The notes beneath the pieces were generated by a model. It searched no databases, had not been told where the DNA came from, and saw nothing but the letters and a program-made list of their open reading frames with translations. The position numbers were made by a program, and so were the translations under genes. From Acanthaster planci (lineage: Eukaryota), in assembly GCF_001949145.1 (NCBI RefSeq), contig NW_019091356.1:3330934-3394933 (forward strand): a DNA stretch of 64,000 bases, read 5' to 3'. This document shows, one piece after another, positions 12,441 to 28,339 of this stretch; the stretch's first letter is position 1, and every line of letters begins with the position of its first letter.

Positions 12441-15400
12441 TTATCTCAGTGTCGGTGAGGCAAAGAAATGGGTTGACTTCTTGACGGTGTTCTCTGACTT
12501 GCTGCCAAATCTAAACAAAACAAAAAAAAAAGCAAAGCGCAGGGTTAAACAACAATGCAACACGACATTGGAAACGCTTTCACAGAAACATAGAACCATT
12601 TCATAGAACCATTCAAAGTCGTAGCGTAATAGTTACTATTGGGTGAAAATGTGATTTATAGTATCTTTCGGCTCATTCGTGTCATTAATTTGTAATGTCA
12701 AAACAGAAATTCACACTGTGAATTCACGGCAGTTCAACTGTGGAAAATTCCGCTGTGAGTGCTTTTCTGTGTCAAACAACGTGACCAATTTCGTGCCAAG
12801 CACGAACTGGTATTCCGGTGGCGGCAATGCGCTGTAAATCGCCACGCCATATTGCGCCGCTTGTCACGGCTAAGGTTGGGCTCAAAGAGAGGGTGCCGGA
12901 AGGGAGGGGGATTTACCTGGGGGTGAGGGGCGTCTTGGTGAAGATGGACCGCGCCTTGCTGATGGAGGAGCTGGAGGGGGTCTTCTTGCCCATCTTGCCC
13001 TGGGTCTGCGGGGTGTTGACCGGGCCGAAACGATTACTGCCACCACCTTCTGCCAAAACAGAAAAAAATGAGGAAGGAGAACCATGGAGGACGTGGAGCA
13101 CAATCGTTCACCCAGAAGAACCGGAAGAATAGCAGAGCAAGAGCGAACGCAAGCGAGAAGGGATGCAAAATTGAACCTCTGGAAAAGTTAACAGGAGTGC
13201 CATGCTAAGGTTTACCGTATGAAAGCTTGAAGATGGCAAACAACAGAAAATAAAACTGAATGGTGATGTAATGTTCAAGAAAAAGCACGACTGATGCAAA
13301 CCAGAAAAGCGACAGAACGTCAGACTTTTAAAATGTAAGGAAAGACAGAAAAATAGGATGTTAAAAGTGGTGCAAAGTGTCGAAGGTAAGCTTTGCTGTA
13401 CACAGCACAGAGTGCACCTGAATTGGAAAAAACTTCAAGGCCATCCCAAGATGTACAAGAAACCAAATTCCAAACTGGAAGGGAAACCAAAGCCCCTTTC
13501 CAATACTTGTAAAACTGGTGTCAGTGAAATGCTCGCAACTGTGACGACTTCAGCACTTGTTGCACTCGTGTTGTCGTACAAAGACTGTGTGTCAGAAGCC
13601 TAGTGCGCATCAAAAAAAGGATACTGGTCGGTGAAAATGACTGCATTGCATCGTTTTCAACGCAATTACAGGTATTTTATAAATTTATCCTGCAAGTAAG
13701 GTGTTTCGAGTTTCAAGTATTTGTCATTTTTAAAATCCAAAAGTTGGTATTCGCTGGACTCCAACTCTTGCAGCATATATCTTGGTGCTTTTTTTTTTTT
13801 TTTCTTCAGTTTTTCGCATTCTTGTAGTCTTGGTGAGATGGCCTTTTTGTTTTTCCACAGTTCCTACTTTTCTTGAAGGAATCTTTCTTGTTCATGCTGG
13901 CGGGCGTCCGCAGTGAGCCCGGCATGCCAATGTGCCCGACTGAAATTACAAAGCAATTGCAGCACATTAGAGACGAGAAGGTGATCATCGGCGTTTGACA
14001 TACGCAGGGGTGTGAGTGGCCACTTGAAATCGACGCTGAAAACAGCTAGCAAAACGCTTCAGCGTGAAAATGTTCCCATACTTTTGCACAGGCCAGGAGT
14101 ACAAAAAAAGTTGAAATTGAGGGTCAACATCGGCACGAAAAAAGCTGAAATCTGTGAAAAAAAGCTGCATTCTCACACCCCTGCAAATGGGAAGGGTAAG
14201 CAGGGACCTGGTCATCTTAACACATGGATGCATTTTTGTTTTAATATCGGTGTGCAGGGCGGTGTTGACATTGGTGGAAGGTTTATGCCTCGCGATACGC
14301 GTTCTGCCCAAACTGCGCCACGCTGGTCTACAAATCTCTGAAAACAGCAATTTTGTCAGAATTCTTTTCAAATATACAAGGGCCAGCATGGATGCACTGT
14401 GAAATGGTACGTGGAAGATGCCATTCGGTCGCAAAAATGGTTGAATGCTTATTTATGAACAACTTCACGAATCTATCCGTATTGGACACTTTGCAGCAAT
14501 CCTGTGCCACTTTCGTTGAACTTGAGCAGAACTTTCCAAACCAAAAATGAATCTGGGGTGGTTAGAATTGATTTCAGTAATGATTAATTGAAAAAAAAAG
14601 AAATAAACCTTCACCACGACTCTGTTTTTTTTCTGTTTTTGTTAATTCAACTAGCTGACAGCTACCAACCTGTTGGATGAGCCTCGGGTGTGCCAAAGTG
14701 ACGGTTGGTGATAACGTTCATGTCGCCGGTCACAGCATTCTCCGCGTCCACGTTGACAAATGCCTTCCAGAAATCGGTGGGTAGCGAGAGCAGCCGATCA
14801 ACGACCTAGAGGAAGAGAAGACATCTTGTTGAAACTCCCATGGGGGGGTGGGACAAAGTGTCGTGAGGATACGGTCTGCATAATGCCGCTGCGACACGTT
14901 ACGCTATACTCTTTATCTCATCTTGTGAAATGGTGCTAATGCACCGGACCTGCTAACCAAGCCGTACTCCTTCCTGAGGTCAGGCATCACCACACAGTAG
15001 ATTAAAAGGTATTCAAATGAGCCTTCGATTCATTCACAATTTTTAATCTATTGTGTGGTAATGCCTGACCTCAGGAAGGAGTACGGCATGTTGGCAGGTC
15101 TGATACACCATGGGTTCTTGCAAGCGTACTGGACGTACCGCGGGTTGCTGCTTGGTGTCGTTCAGCATCTGCAAGGGCTCGGGATCCGGCACGGCGTGAC
15201 CTACGATAGTCGGCCCAAAGACGCGGGACAGGTTGACCACGCCCATCTTGCACGCTGGACTCTCGGCCACCCTGCGAGAGACGGACAGACAGTTCCCATT
15301 CACATTTTCAAATTATTTCTAACACAAGGACTGAGCAGCCATATAAAACCAAATAGAAATAACAAGAAACCGTTGCATAAAAATCCCATGGAACATGACA

Positions 15401-18400
15401 GAGAAACTTGAATTTTCTACACAATCTGTTCATGTTTAACAAAGCACTGTAGAGCCTCTTTTGAACCTGGATTTTTCTCAAAGTTTCAACTTTTCCAGGC
15501 CATTGAAAAAGGCACAGAAATGAAATCTATATATTTTGTTACCAGGTGCACATTTCTTTGACAGTGGTAAAATCTTCATGTTTGTGGTTGTCAACAGGGA
15601 GCCCGAGTTTATCAGCATCAAGAGTTTGATCCACTGAACATTAAAAGACATAGCAAATTAGCAAAGCACACTGCGAGCATTCAGGGGAGAAGTTTTGCCG
15701 ACCTCTGCAGGTGGAGAATGATGTAGGCCAGGGTGTCCCGGTTGGGCAAGGGCAGCTCGCTGATGGCCTGGTAGGTGAAGGTGGCGCAGTCGTCCGGGTC
15801 GGGCAGGGCGGCCGCCCTCATGAAGGTCGGGTGCAGCTTGTAGGTGACCAGGGGCTCCGACAGGTTGCGCAGGAAGTCCTTGAGGAGGCCTGTCACGTTG
15901 TTGATGTCCGGGGTGCGGTCCTGGCAATCGTAAGTACAACAAGAAAGGGAAAAGATAAGCATCTTCAAACTTCAACCACGGTTTTATCAAGGATTGGAAC
16001 ACCGGCCTGTCCCTTCCCAGCAAATTGTTTGCACCTGACACCCTTGGTGCCACAAAGGAAAGAGAAAGATTTGTTCACCCCTGTTCAAGATTTATGTATA
16101 TAATTGGAGGGGCGGTGGTAAATTTTGTGCACGCAATATTGCTGGTCCAAGACTGCATTTGCCAGCCCTCGGGACAGGCGGCCAGACGAATCCCTGTCGT
16201 GATCCGGGGATCAAGTTGATATGACAGTTGACTGACCAGGTGAAGGTCTTTGCCCAACATCGCTCTCTCTTTCAGCTCCTTGATGGCTCGCTCCGATCCT
16301 GACAGGCGGTACAGCCCCTCCTCACTCATACCTCGCCTTTCCACCTCAGCGACGCATTGGACCTGAAAGGTAAGATGGTCAAAGAATGCTGGTTTGGATC
16401 GACTGTCTTCCAATTCCAACCCCTTACCGAACCTGAACAGGAAAAGTTAAGAAGCGATGCCGTGAAAAACTATCATTTTTGGACCACCGACGGGAAATTC
16501 ATTGCAGGGGAAACACTACTTGTATACACATACACATGTATTCCAACACACAAGTCGCAATCTTTAGAATTTTTCAAAAGTCTTCCAGTTTGATTTTTCA
16601 AATAATACAACAAAAGTCTTCCGCTTTGTCATTACAGATAATAAAGTAATTTCAGAGCCTTTTCAAAGTTGTCTTCTCTTGCCTTTTTTCCGCTCACGGG
16701 TTTATTTATAATGCGCGTAGAGTCAGCTTACCACCAGTGGGGGTACCATGGGGGAGGTTGATGGCGCCACATCCGAGAGCTGCGTGTTAGGGCCGTAGGG
16801 TCTGCTCTTGGTGGGCGTCAGCACCACGGGCTGACAGGGGAGCGGTGCTTCGTCCTGACAGTCGGGGTGACACACCATGCGACAGTCTATGAGAGAGTGT
16901 GTATAACAAACCATTGAGGATACTTTTACCATTGCCATAAGTCTGTTTGAACTGGATGAAATCTGTTAAGAAGTGAAATTCTGGATTTTTTTTTTTTTTT
17001 AGCGCTTACCTTTGCATTTCAGGGCATACTTTCCAAACTTGATTCTCTTCCCACACTAGACGGAAAATGAAAAGGATAATTATTTCAAACACAAAACTGG
17101 TTTAATTTAAAACACAAAACCGGAAAATAACTTAATGCTCACTCTTGGAAACATTTATATCTAAGATTACCTCAAGCCTAGCCTTGGCTGGTGTAAAGCA
17201 ATGCTGGAACTCATATACGAGCATGAGCAGCTTGATAGACCCAGGCTAGCATGGACTGACATAGAACAAAATTTGGGTCAGAGCCCAACGCCAAATGACC
17301 ATGGTTAAACCAATTTTCTGTGATGCATACCACACCACTTCTACTAAGTATAAGGCAACTCTAAGAAATTTGACCCAATAAACTTACTGGTTTGCACGAT
17401 TCCGGCTTGAGAACCGTCTTGGTGCAGAAGGAGTGTTGCCGGGCTGCCTTGCTGGTTTTGATCGGTTCCTCCCTGTGCTGGACCACGTTGGCACTGTTCA
17501 GGGCGGCCTTGAGGTGCTGGTTCTCCGGAAGGCTCCAGAAAGAGTCATCCGGGACATTATGCTCTTCAAAACAAAACAAAAAAAACAAGAAACCGATTTC
17601 AAGATAAGTTTGTGGTTGAGTCAAGGAAGCAATATGCATCAAGAGTGTGTGGAAAATTGATGGGACAGCTTTGGATACTTCCTGTAGTCAAACCGCTACG
17701 CAGCAAAATTTGAATTTTCCAAATCATGCCAGAGTTGAGTGATTCTTCGGTCCTTGTGAATTTCAAGACTTGGAAGTGACTGTTACAGACATTCTCCAAA
17801 TAAAATCCACAAAGAGCATGTAGGAAGATGTACATCCAAGATCCAAGAACCCAATTTCGCTGAAGGTGTTCCAGGCAAGTAATTATTACTTGAGGCACGA
17901 CTAAAGTAACGGAACTGACCTCCACTTTTCAACAGTTCCCGCGAGGGCCTCTTCCTGTTCTTGGGCCCCGGCGGCCGGGAGAAGCTCTTGTCCAATCGCG
18001 GTACCGTCTCTATGTTCATGGCTGCTGTGATTGGCCCGTCGGCTGGCACAGTGACGGTCGTTTTGACAATAGATGTTTCCTGGAACAAGATATACGTACC
18101 AGTTTGCAAATACGAAGTGGTGTCCATAGCTCAGAGCACTCAATATTGGATTGCTTTCTGTTCGAGTGCTCTTGGCCAAACGTCAAGAAGCAAATAATCA
18201 AGACATCTGATGCTTGGCAAATTTCCACATCAAACAAAATCAACATCTGACCACTGAATGGTGCTTAACTAAACCCACAAATGCAATAATATTCACCCAA
18301 CCATTTGATGGTTATCTAGGATTTTTTTTTACCCCCAATATTGATTCCAGCTTACCTTATCATTGCTGGGACTATATGTGATGTACTGCGTCTTCACTTT

Positions 18401-20367
18401 CTTTGGGGGAGTGTCTTCCTCGAGTGGGGGTGCACTTGGCCTCTGAGAAAATGAGAGAAAATGTGAGAAGATACGAGGAAAGGGGAGAAAATGTGAGAAA
18501 ACATGAGAAATGGGGAGACCTTGGCATACTAGTATTCCCAGCAATTTGAAAAAAGGTCACGATTCCAGGCATTAACAGTCAAGAGCTCAATCTCTGGTCT
18601 TAATAGCGCACTGTAAGAATTGTCACTTAAATCTTAAAGACGGGGTATGTAGGGACACGGATAGGAAGTGCAAGAGCTCCCACCTTCTTTGAAGCTGACC
18701 GCCCACCGCCTCGCTTCCACGTCTTCCCGCCCCTCAAGTAGGACACATCCAGGTCCTCCTCTGTGTGATCGTAGCTGACATCCGATGGGGACAGGAGGTC
18801 GGCCGAGTGCTCGTGGATGGCAGAGAGGCGATTGGTGGCGGTGGGCGTGCCGCCGCCGTTCTGCTGCTCGCTGCGCAGGAAGGCCAGGCTCTCCCGGTCC
18901 TTCTCTGACAGCTGGTTCATCTTGTTGTCGGCCAGCAGCTCCCGGATCAGCATGATCTGTTGGTCCTGTTGGGTTGGCAAAACAAAGGAGTGAGGGAGTT
19001 AGCGAACTTTGCAGAACGAATCAACCTGAATGAAAGGATGAGTACGAGAACTGACAGCAGGGAGTCTACTCAGACAGCTGTAAGTCGACAGAGGAAATTT
19101 TGTCTGAAAACCGAAGAAACGTTACGTATGTATGGCGCCACAGTCATCTTAAATAAACTAAGTGTTGAGCTGTTGCAGGACATGTATACCTGAATTGACC
19201 TACTGTGCTAGAATTGCGTCAGTGCAGCTTGTGAAATTAATGTCCACTAGAAAATGGACGCAGGACGCACAAAGCTAAACAATGAAAACTCAGCATAGAT
19301 AATTCCACAGGGCTGTCCACGTGGAAATGGCTAACTCACAAAGAAGTCACAGGCTGATACTACATTAATTGGAGCTTCGTTTCAAGTTAGACATGACATT
19401 TTATCAGCAGCCTCTTTGAAACCCCACGTGACCAACCGCTCGTTCTTTATACTTCAACAAAACATAACACAGTGGTAGGCTCTACACTCCTTTGCCATTC
19501 AACACACTAGCAAACCTCAATTCTGTTTAAACCATTTTTCAAAGGATCATGGGTACTTCAGGATCGCTGGTCACTTTGTGGGTGAATTGAAACTGATGAA
19601 ACTCACCAGTTCGTCAGATCTAGCCTCCGCCCTCGTTCTTCTCTTCATTTCCACATCAACTTGATTTCTGTTAACAAAACAAATCAACTAAAACAGTAAA
19701 AACACGAGATGTGAGGCAACGTAAACATCAACGCGGCGTACTTCACCACTGCATTTATTGTTCAATCAGTCATAAAGTTCAAAGATCATAAGTCAGAGGG
19801 GAACCACAGACCTGGCATGTTTGAGCTTGACGTCCAGTCCGTCTTTCTCGGCGGTGATCTTGGTGATGAACTCCTGCATCCGAAGCTTCTCCTGTGATGC
19901 AGAAAGCCACTGGCGTCGACAAGAATCCTGGTTCTTGGCAAATTTGAGGAACTCTGGCAAAAGCCCACAAGTACAGAGAAGCGAATTTAAAAAAATCCCA
20001 AATTATCATGCACGTGATGCTGTGCACTGTCTTCAAGCAAACTTGAATCTTCAATTTTGATAGTCGAACCATGGTGCCAAGGTGTGGTTCACATCACACC
20101 CCATGTATCGTACTGCTCTAACTCTGCATATCTGTCTAGGATCGGGACCTAACAATTTCCTCGTTTTAAGTGGAATATTTTATTAACAGTGCTCTTAGAC
20201 ACAAGGTTTGCCGGTCATATCAAAGGGATCTAGGGTTGCGATATGCAACTTCACTTGTAGATTGAAAGTGGCGCTTCACCTGGTTCGCATCCTTTGCTCA
20301 ACACTGACTGGTAGTGGCAAATCTCGTCGAAGGCTGCCACAATCGACATGCTACTTCCTCCGCTCAT
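12441..20367 (-). CDS. RACGAP1: Rac GTPase-activating protein 1 (MgcRacGAP/CYK-4, centralspindlin subunit), ~670 aa, 15 coding exons
   Basis: Exons (minus strand) 20367-20280, 19953-19812, 19667-19607, 18965-18684, 18442-18356, 18079-17920, 17563-17388, 17055-17010, 16886-16732, 16362-16237, 15920-15703, 15271-15139, 14805-14670, 13049-12917, 12510-12441 (2013 nt, in frame). N-terminal coiled coil (LDVKLKHARNQVDVEMKRR), C1 domain ([41 protein letters not shown]), RhoGAP domain with arginine finger EGLYRLSG and NLSRVFGPTIVGH, and the typical tail KTPSSSS..TPRFGSKS..FFASPTLR. Confidence 0.95.
13868..13939 (-). other. Candidate alternative (cassette or terminal) RACGAP1 exon
   Basis: Acceptor tgtaatttcAG, GC-rich 72-nt block, phase 1-1, in frame (VGHIGMPGSLRTPASMNKKDSFKK). 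Weak donor GTAGGA; if it is not used the frame reads to a stop at 13806. Confidence 0.5.
14005..14183 (+). mobile_element. hAT-like MITE, CAGGGGTGYGAG family, copy 2
   Basis: Perfect 12-bp TIR CAGGGGTGTGAG/CTCACACCCCTG; interior collinear with 10932-11115. Confidence 0.8.
14945..15102. mobile_element. Foldback MITE with ~60-bp arms in a RACGAP1 intron
   Basis: 14947-15007 is nearly the reverse complement of 15041-15100; flanks ATGCAC/ATACAC. Confidence 0.8.
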
Positions 20368-21717
20368 GGCTGTGGCTCTGATATTCTTTGCTGAACAACT
20401 TTCTTGATTTTGAGCAGGTGATGAACACGTCCCTGCAACATTAAGACAATTTTGACTGTGTTGAGCATAAACTTTCTACCATGCACAACTTTAGAGACTG
20501 CCCAGGAAGAACATACGTACGTAAGCTGCTTTATTATTATTATCGTTATTTATTCTTGTTTATCCCGGGTTAAAGCAGCTCAGCATAAGCTGTTCTCCAC
20601 TGATGCCCATCACTTAACAGGGAACAAATTAAAATGTTTAAGACCCACGGTACGCACTGCGATCACTGTACAAATATGTGTTGGGAACGATCAGCAGATC
20701 TGCATGGTTCACAAATCACTCTGCGTGATTGGTCATTTCTGTATATCTCCAACTTTACCATCCTTTTTTGAAACAATCTTCCACAAGTGTGAATAGAAAG
20801 GACGGGCTAATGGTGGAATTATCTGATTGACAAATCATGAAATAATGACCACTATTATTAGCATGATTACAGATACTTTGAAATTTAAAGTAAAGCCGGC
20901 ATTTGATTCATTGAAATAAGGCGCAAATAAGAACAAAGATTTTACAAACACATCAATTTTAAGCTTTTCAGTTAAAACCCACACTCATATTTCTGTGTAT
21001 AAAATAATCACAGTTTGCTCTGCATTGCACATGTACAAAAAAATCTCAAAATATCCTCGCTTCAATTTGAAGTTCAAATTGAATTTTTTTTGCTTTGCAT
21101 GGTCTGATGGAATCCAAATTCATATCAAAATATTTCTTACAACATCACCTTCAAAATAACCTCTAAAAAGAAAACAGAAAAAAATTACAAAAGTGTCTTG
21201 GCCTCCCTATAGTTGTGCCCGGCCTAGTATGGGAACAGGGTGCTAAAGGTAGGCCTAATGTCAATGGACACCTACTCCCTAGTAAATTTTTGTAACTTAA
21301 ATAAACACCTCCTTGATTCCTCCTTCCCTCACCCGGCCAACCCAGCCATGATTCATCAAGTGGCCATGGCATGAAATCCCACATGCACAATGCACAAGCC
21401 ATGTGACGGGTAGGCCTACCATTTCTACTCGCAACTGAACTAAACTGGCCTAGCACTGCACTGTGGCAGGCATCGATGGAAACATGGGAAAGGTGCGGCC
21501 ATGGCGCGACTAACCATGCTAACAAACAACACTCCACTACCTCAATACCTGGCTACAGAAAGAAACTTGGCCAAGTTGACCCAGTTGAGGGCTTTTTAAA
21601 CACCTTTAGAAATCACAAGACACATCCCTTATTATAATTACGTATCACAAATTACATTTAGTGTTTATTTTCTTTTAAAAAGGTAAAAGTGAGACGAAAG
21701 CTCTCAAAAGATTTCAC

Positions 21718-21790
21718 CTTTGTCCACGCAAGTTCCACGAGTTCTTCCCACAAAACGGTTTTGAGTTTAGAACCCAAAATGCTCTTCCGG
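21718..21790 (-). other. Probable non-coding first exon of RACGAP1
   Basis: Donor AAG/GTGAAA on the minus strand at 21717, next to the promoter motifs. The ATG exon has its own acceptor at 20433-20434. The 5' end is approximate. Confidence 0.55.
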
Positions 21791-21907
21791 TTCACCTAGC
21801 CAATCAGACGATACTTAGAGTCACGTGACGTCGCGCATGCTCTATCCGAAGATTGCCGAAGTAAGCCGAGTGAAGCCGCGTTCTCATTCCGTTCGTCAAT
21901 GGCCGCC
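21780..21907. promoter_or_regulatory. Compact bidirectional promoter for RACGAP1 (-) and ATP5F1B (+)
   Basis: CpG-rich. ETS-like CTTCCGG 21784-21790, CCAAT 21800-21804, palindromic E-box/CLEAR GTCACGTGAC 21820-21829 overlapping TGACGTCG, NRF1-like GCGCATGC 21833-21840, Inr-like TCATTC 21884-21889, Kozak GCCGCCATG at 21908. Confidence 0.75.
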
Positions 21908-26663
<4,756 letters not shown>

Positions 26664-27354
26664 AGGGCGCTGCTCTCTATGATCCCCCCCGATGAGCGCG
26701 GCGGAACCCCTCAGTCTGTAGATTGTTTCAGTAATGAATTATATATGAGGTCATATGATCTCCAGATAGGAGTCATAGGCCAAGGTTTTTGGTTTTAAAG
26801 AGTTTTCTGTGATTTGATGCAAAATTTGAAGCTTGTACGCAACAGAAAGATTGAGCAAGAATTGTTACGAAAGCAATGGAGCATGTTGCAAATGACTTAA
26901 CACATTTGGTTTGATACTATAGTTAGCAACAGTTCATGTTGGAAGGTTAGAAAGATGAATGGATGTTCACAGCAACAGAGGTGCAAATTTATATCAATAG
27001 TTTTTCAGAGTTCAAGACCAGACCACACACCAACTTGAATTTGGTAATCTGGAAATGATTGAGATCAGTTTGGAAACAATATTCGTGTAGCATTCTCTGG
27101 TGTCGTTTTGTCAGGCAAGTTGGCGGAGCATCTGCAGCCATTGTGTGACACCAGACACAAAGCAAACATACCCTGTATTAACTGAACCCTACTAACTTAT
27201 TCTCCTCCACAAAAGTAGCTTGTAAACCTTTACTTGAGGCAAAGTTTAAGTGAACATGTTATTGCAGGGGCCTCACACAAAATGAAATCCTGTCACCTTT
27301 GTTAGCTAAAGAAGAGTGATTTGCATATGTAACCATTTTGGATGTTGCGGTAAT

Positions 27355-27360
27355 AATAAA
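27355..27360 (+). terminator. Polyadenylation signal of ATP5F1B
   Basis: AATAAA ~690 nt after the stop, followed by a GU/U-rich downstream element (GTGTCGTGGGTTTTTGTGTTTTG). Confidence 0.65.
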
Positions 27361-27986
27361 ATTCACTTCACATTTAGTACGTGTCGTGGGTTTTTGTGTT
27401 TTGCTTGTGTCCAAAACCTTGTCGGAATGCATGTATTTGTATTTCTGAAACTATTGCACACCACCACCCCCCCCCAAGAAATTACTCAAAAATTACACAC
27501 TTTTCATGTATTTCTTAATTTGTATTCCAAAAATTTATGCTCGAGCTTAATACAATAGAACCCTATAAAATTTACAAATGTTACAGATTTTATAAAATAT
27601 AACTTCAGCACACAAACTCTCCATTTGTACATGTATCCACAAAGTGTTGCATTAGTTTGTACAAAATGCCAAACACTGTACACTTGGTGCAAGAAATGAA
27701 AAAGTAGCTCTGCTTGTTCCCATTTGTTCTGATATCAAGTTGTGAGTTAAAATAACTACAAAATAATTTTGTGTTCTGTGTCTTTTTGTCCTGCATTAGT
27801 TTTAACAGTTGCCACAAAATCCTTTGAACAGAAACCCATTTCCCCACCCCACCCCCAGAGAAATGCCTGGAAGTTGCAGAGCTTCAAATCTGATTGTGAA
27901 AGGATAATTACAACTGCAGTACCAGACACGGACGTATTTAAAAAATCTGGACTTGCAATGCCTTGGTATGAAAAAGAAGCCAACCA

Positions 27987-28104
27987 GCGGCCATTTTACC
28001 GAGCCGAATACATAAGCGTGGGTCGGCTCCTTCTATTGACGGCAGGAAGAAAAAACGCGGGCATTGCCAGGAAAGCTTTGTATTCGGCTCGGTAAAATGG
28101 CCGC
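27987..28104. mobile_element. MITE/inverted repeat downstream of the C10orf67-like stop
   Basis: GCGGCCATTTTACCGAGCCGAATACA / TGTATTCGGCTCGGTAAAATGGCCGC, a 26-bp perfect inverted repeat. Confidence 0.75.
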
Positions 28105-28339
28105 GAGTGGATTCCATGACTCTATAAGCTGATTAAAGGCATTGCGAGTCCAGATTTTATTATACGCGTCCGTGGTACCAGACTCAAACTTGACCATTGA
28201 TTTCAACCAGTTTTTAAAGAAGGGGCCAACTCGTCACCTTGCTCGGGTAGGCTACAGTTTCACTGGAAGTTATTACAGAGAGACTTTCTTGTAACAAGGC
28301 CATTTGTTCAAAGTTCTTTGTAAACTTGACAACTTGTCT

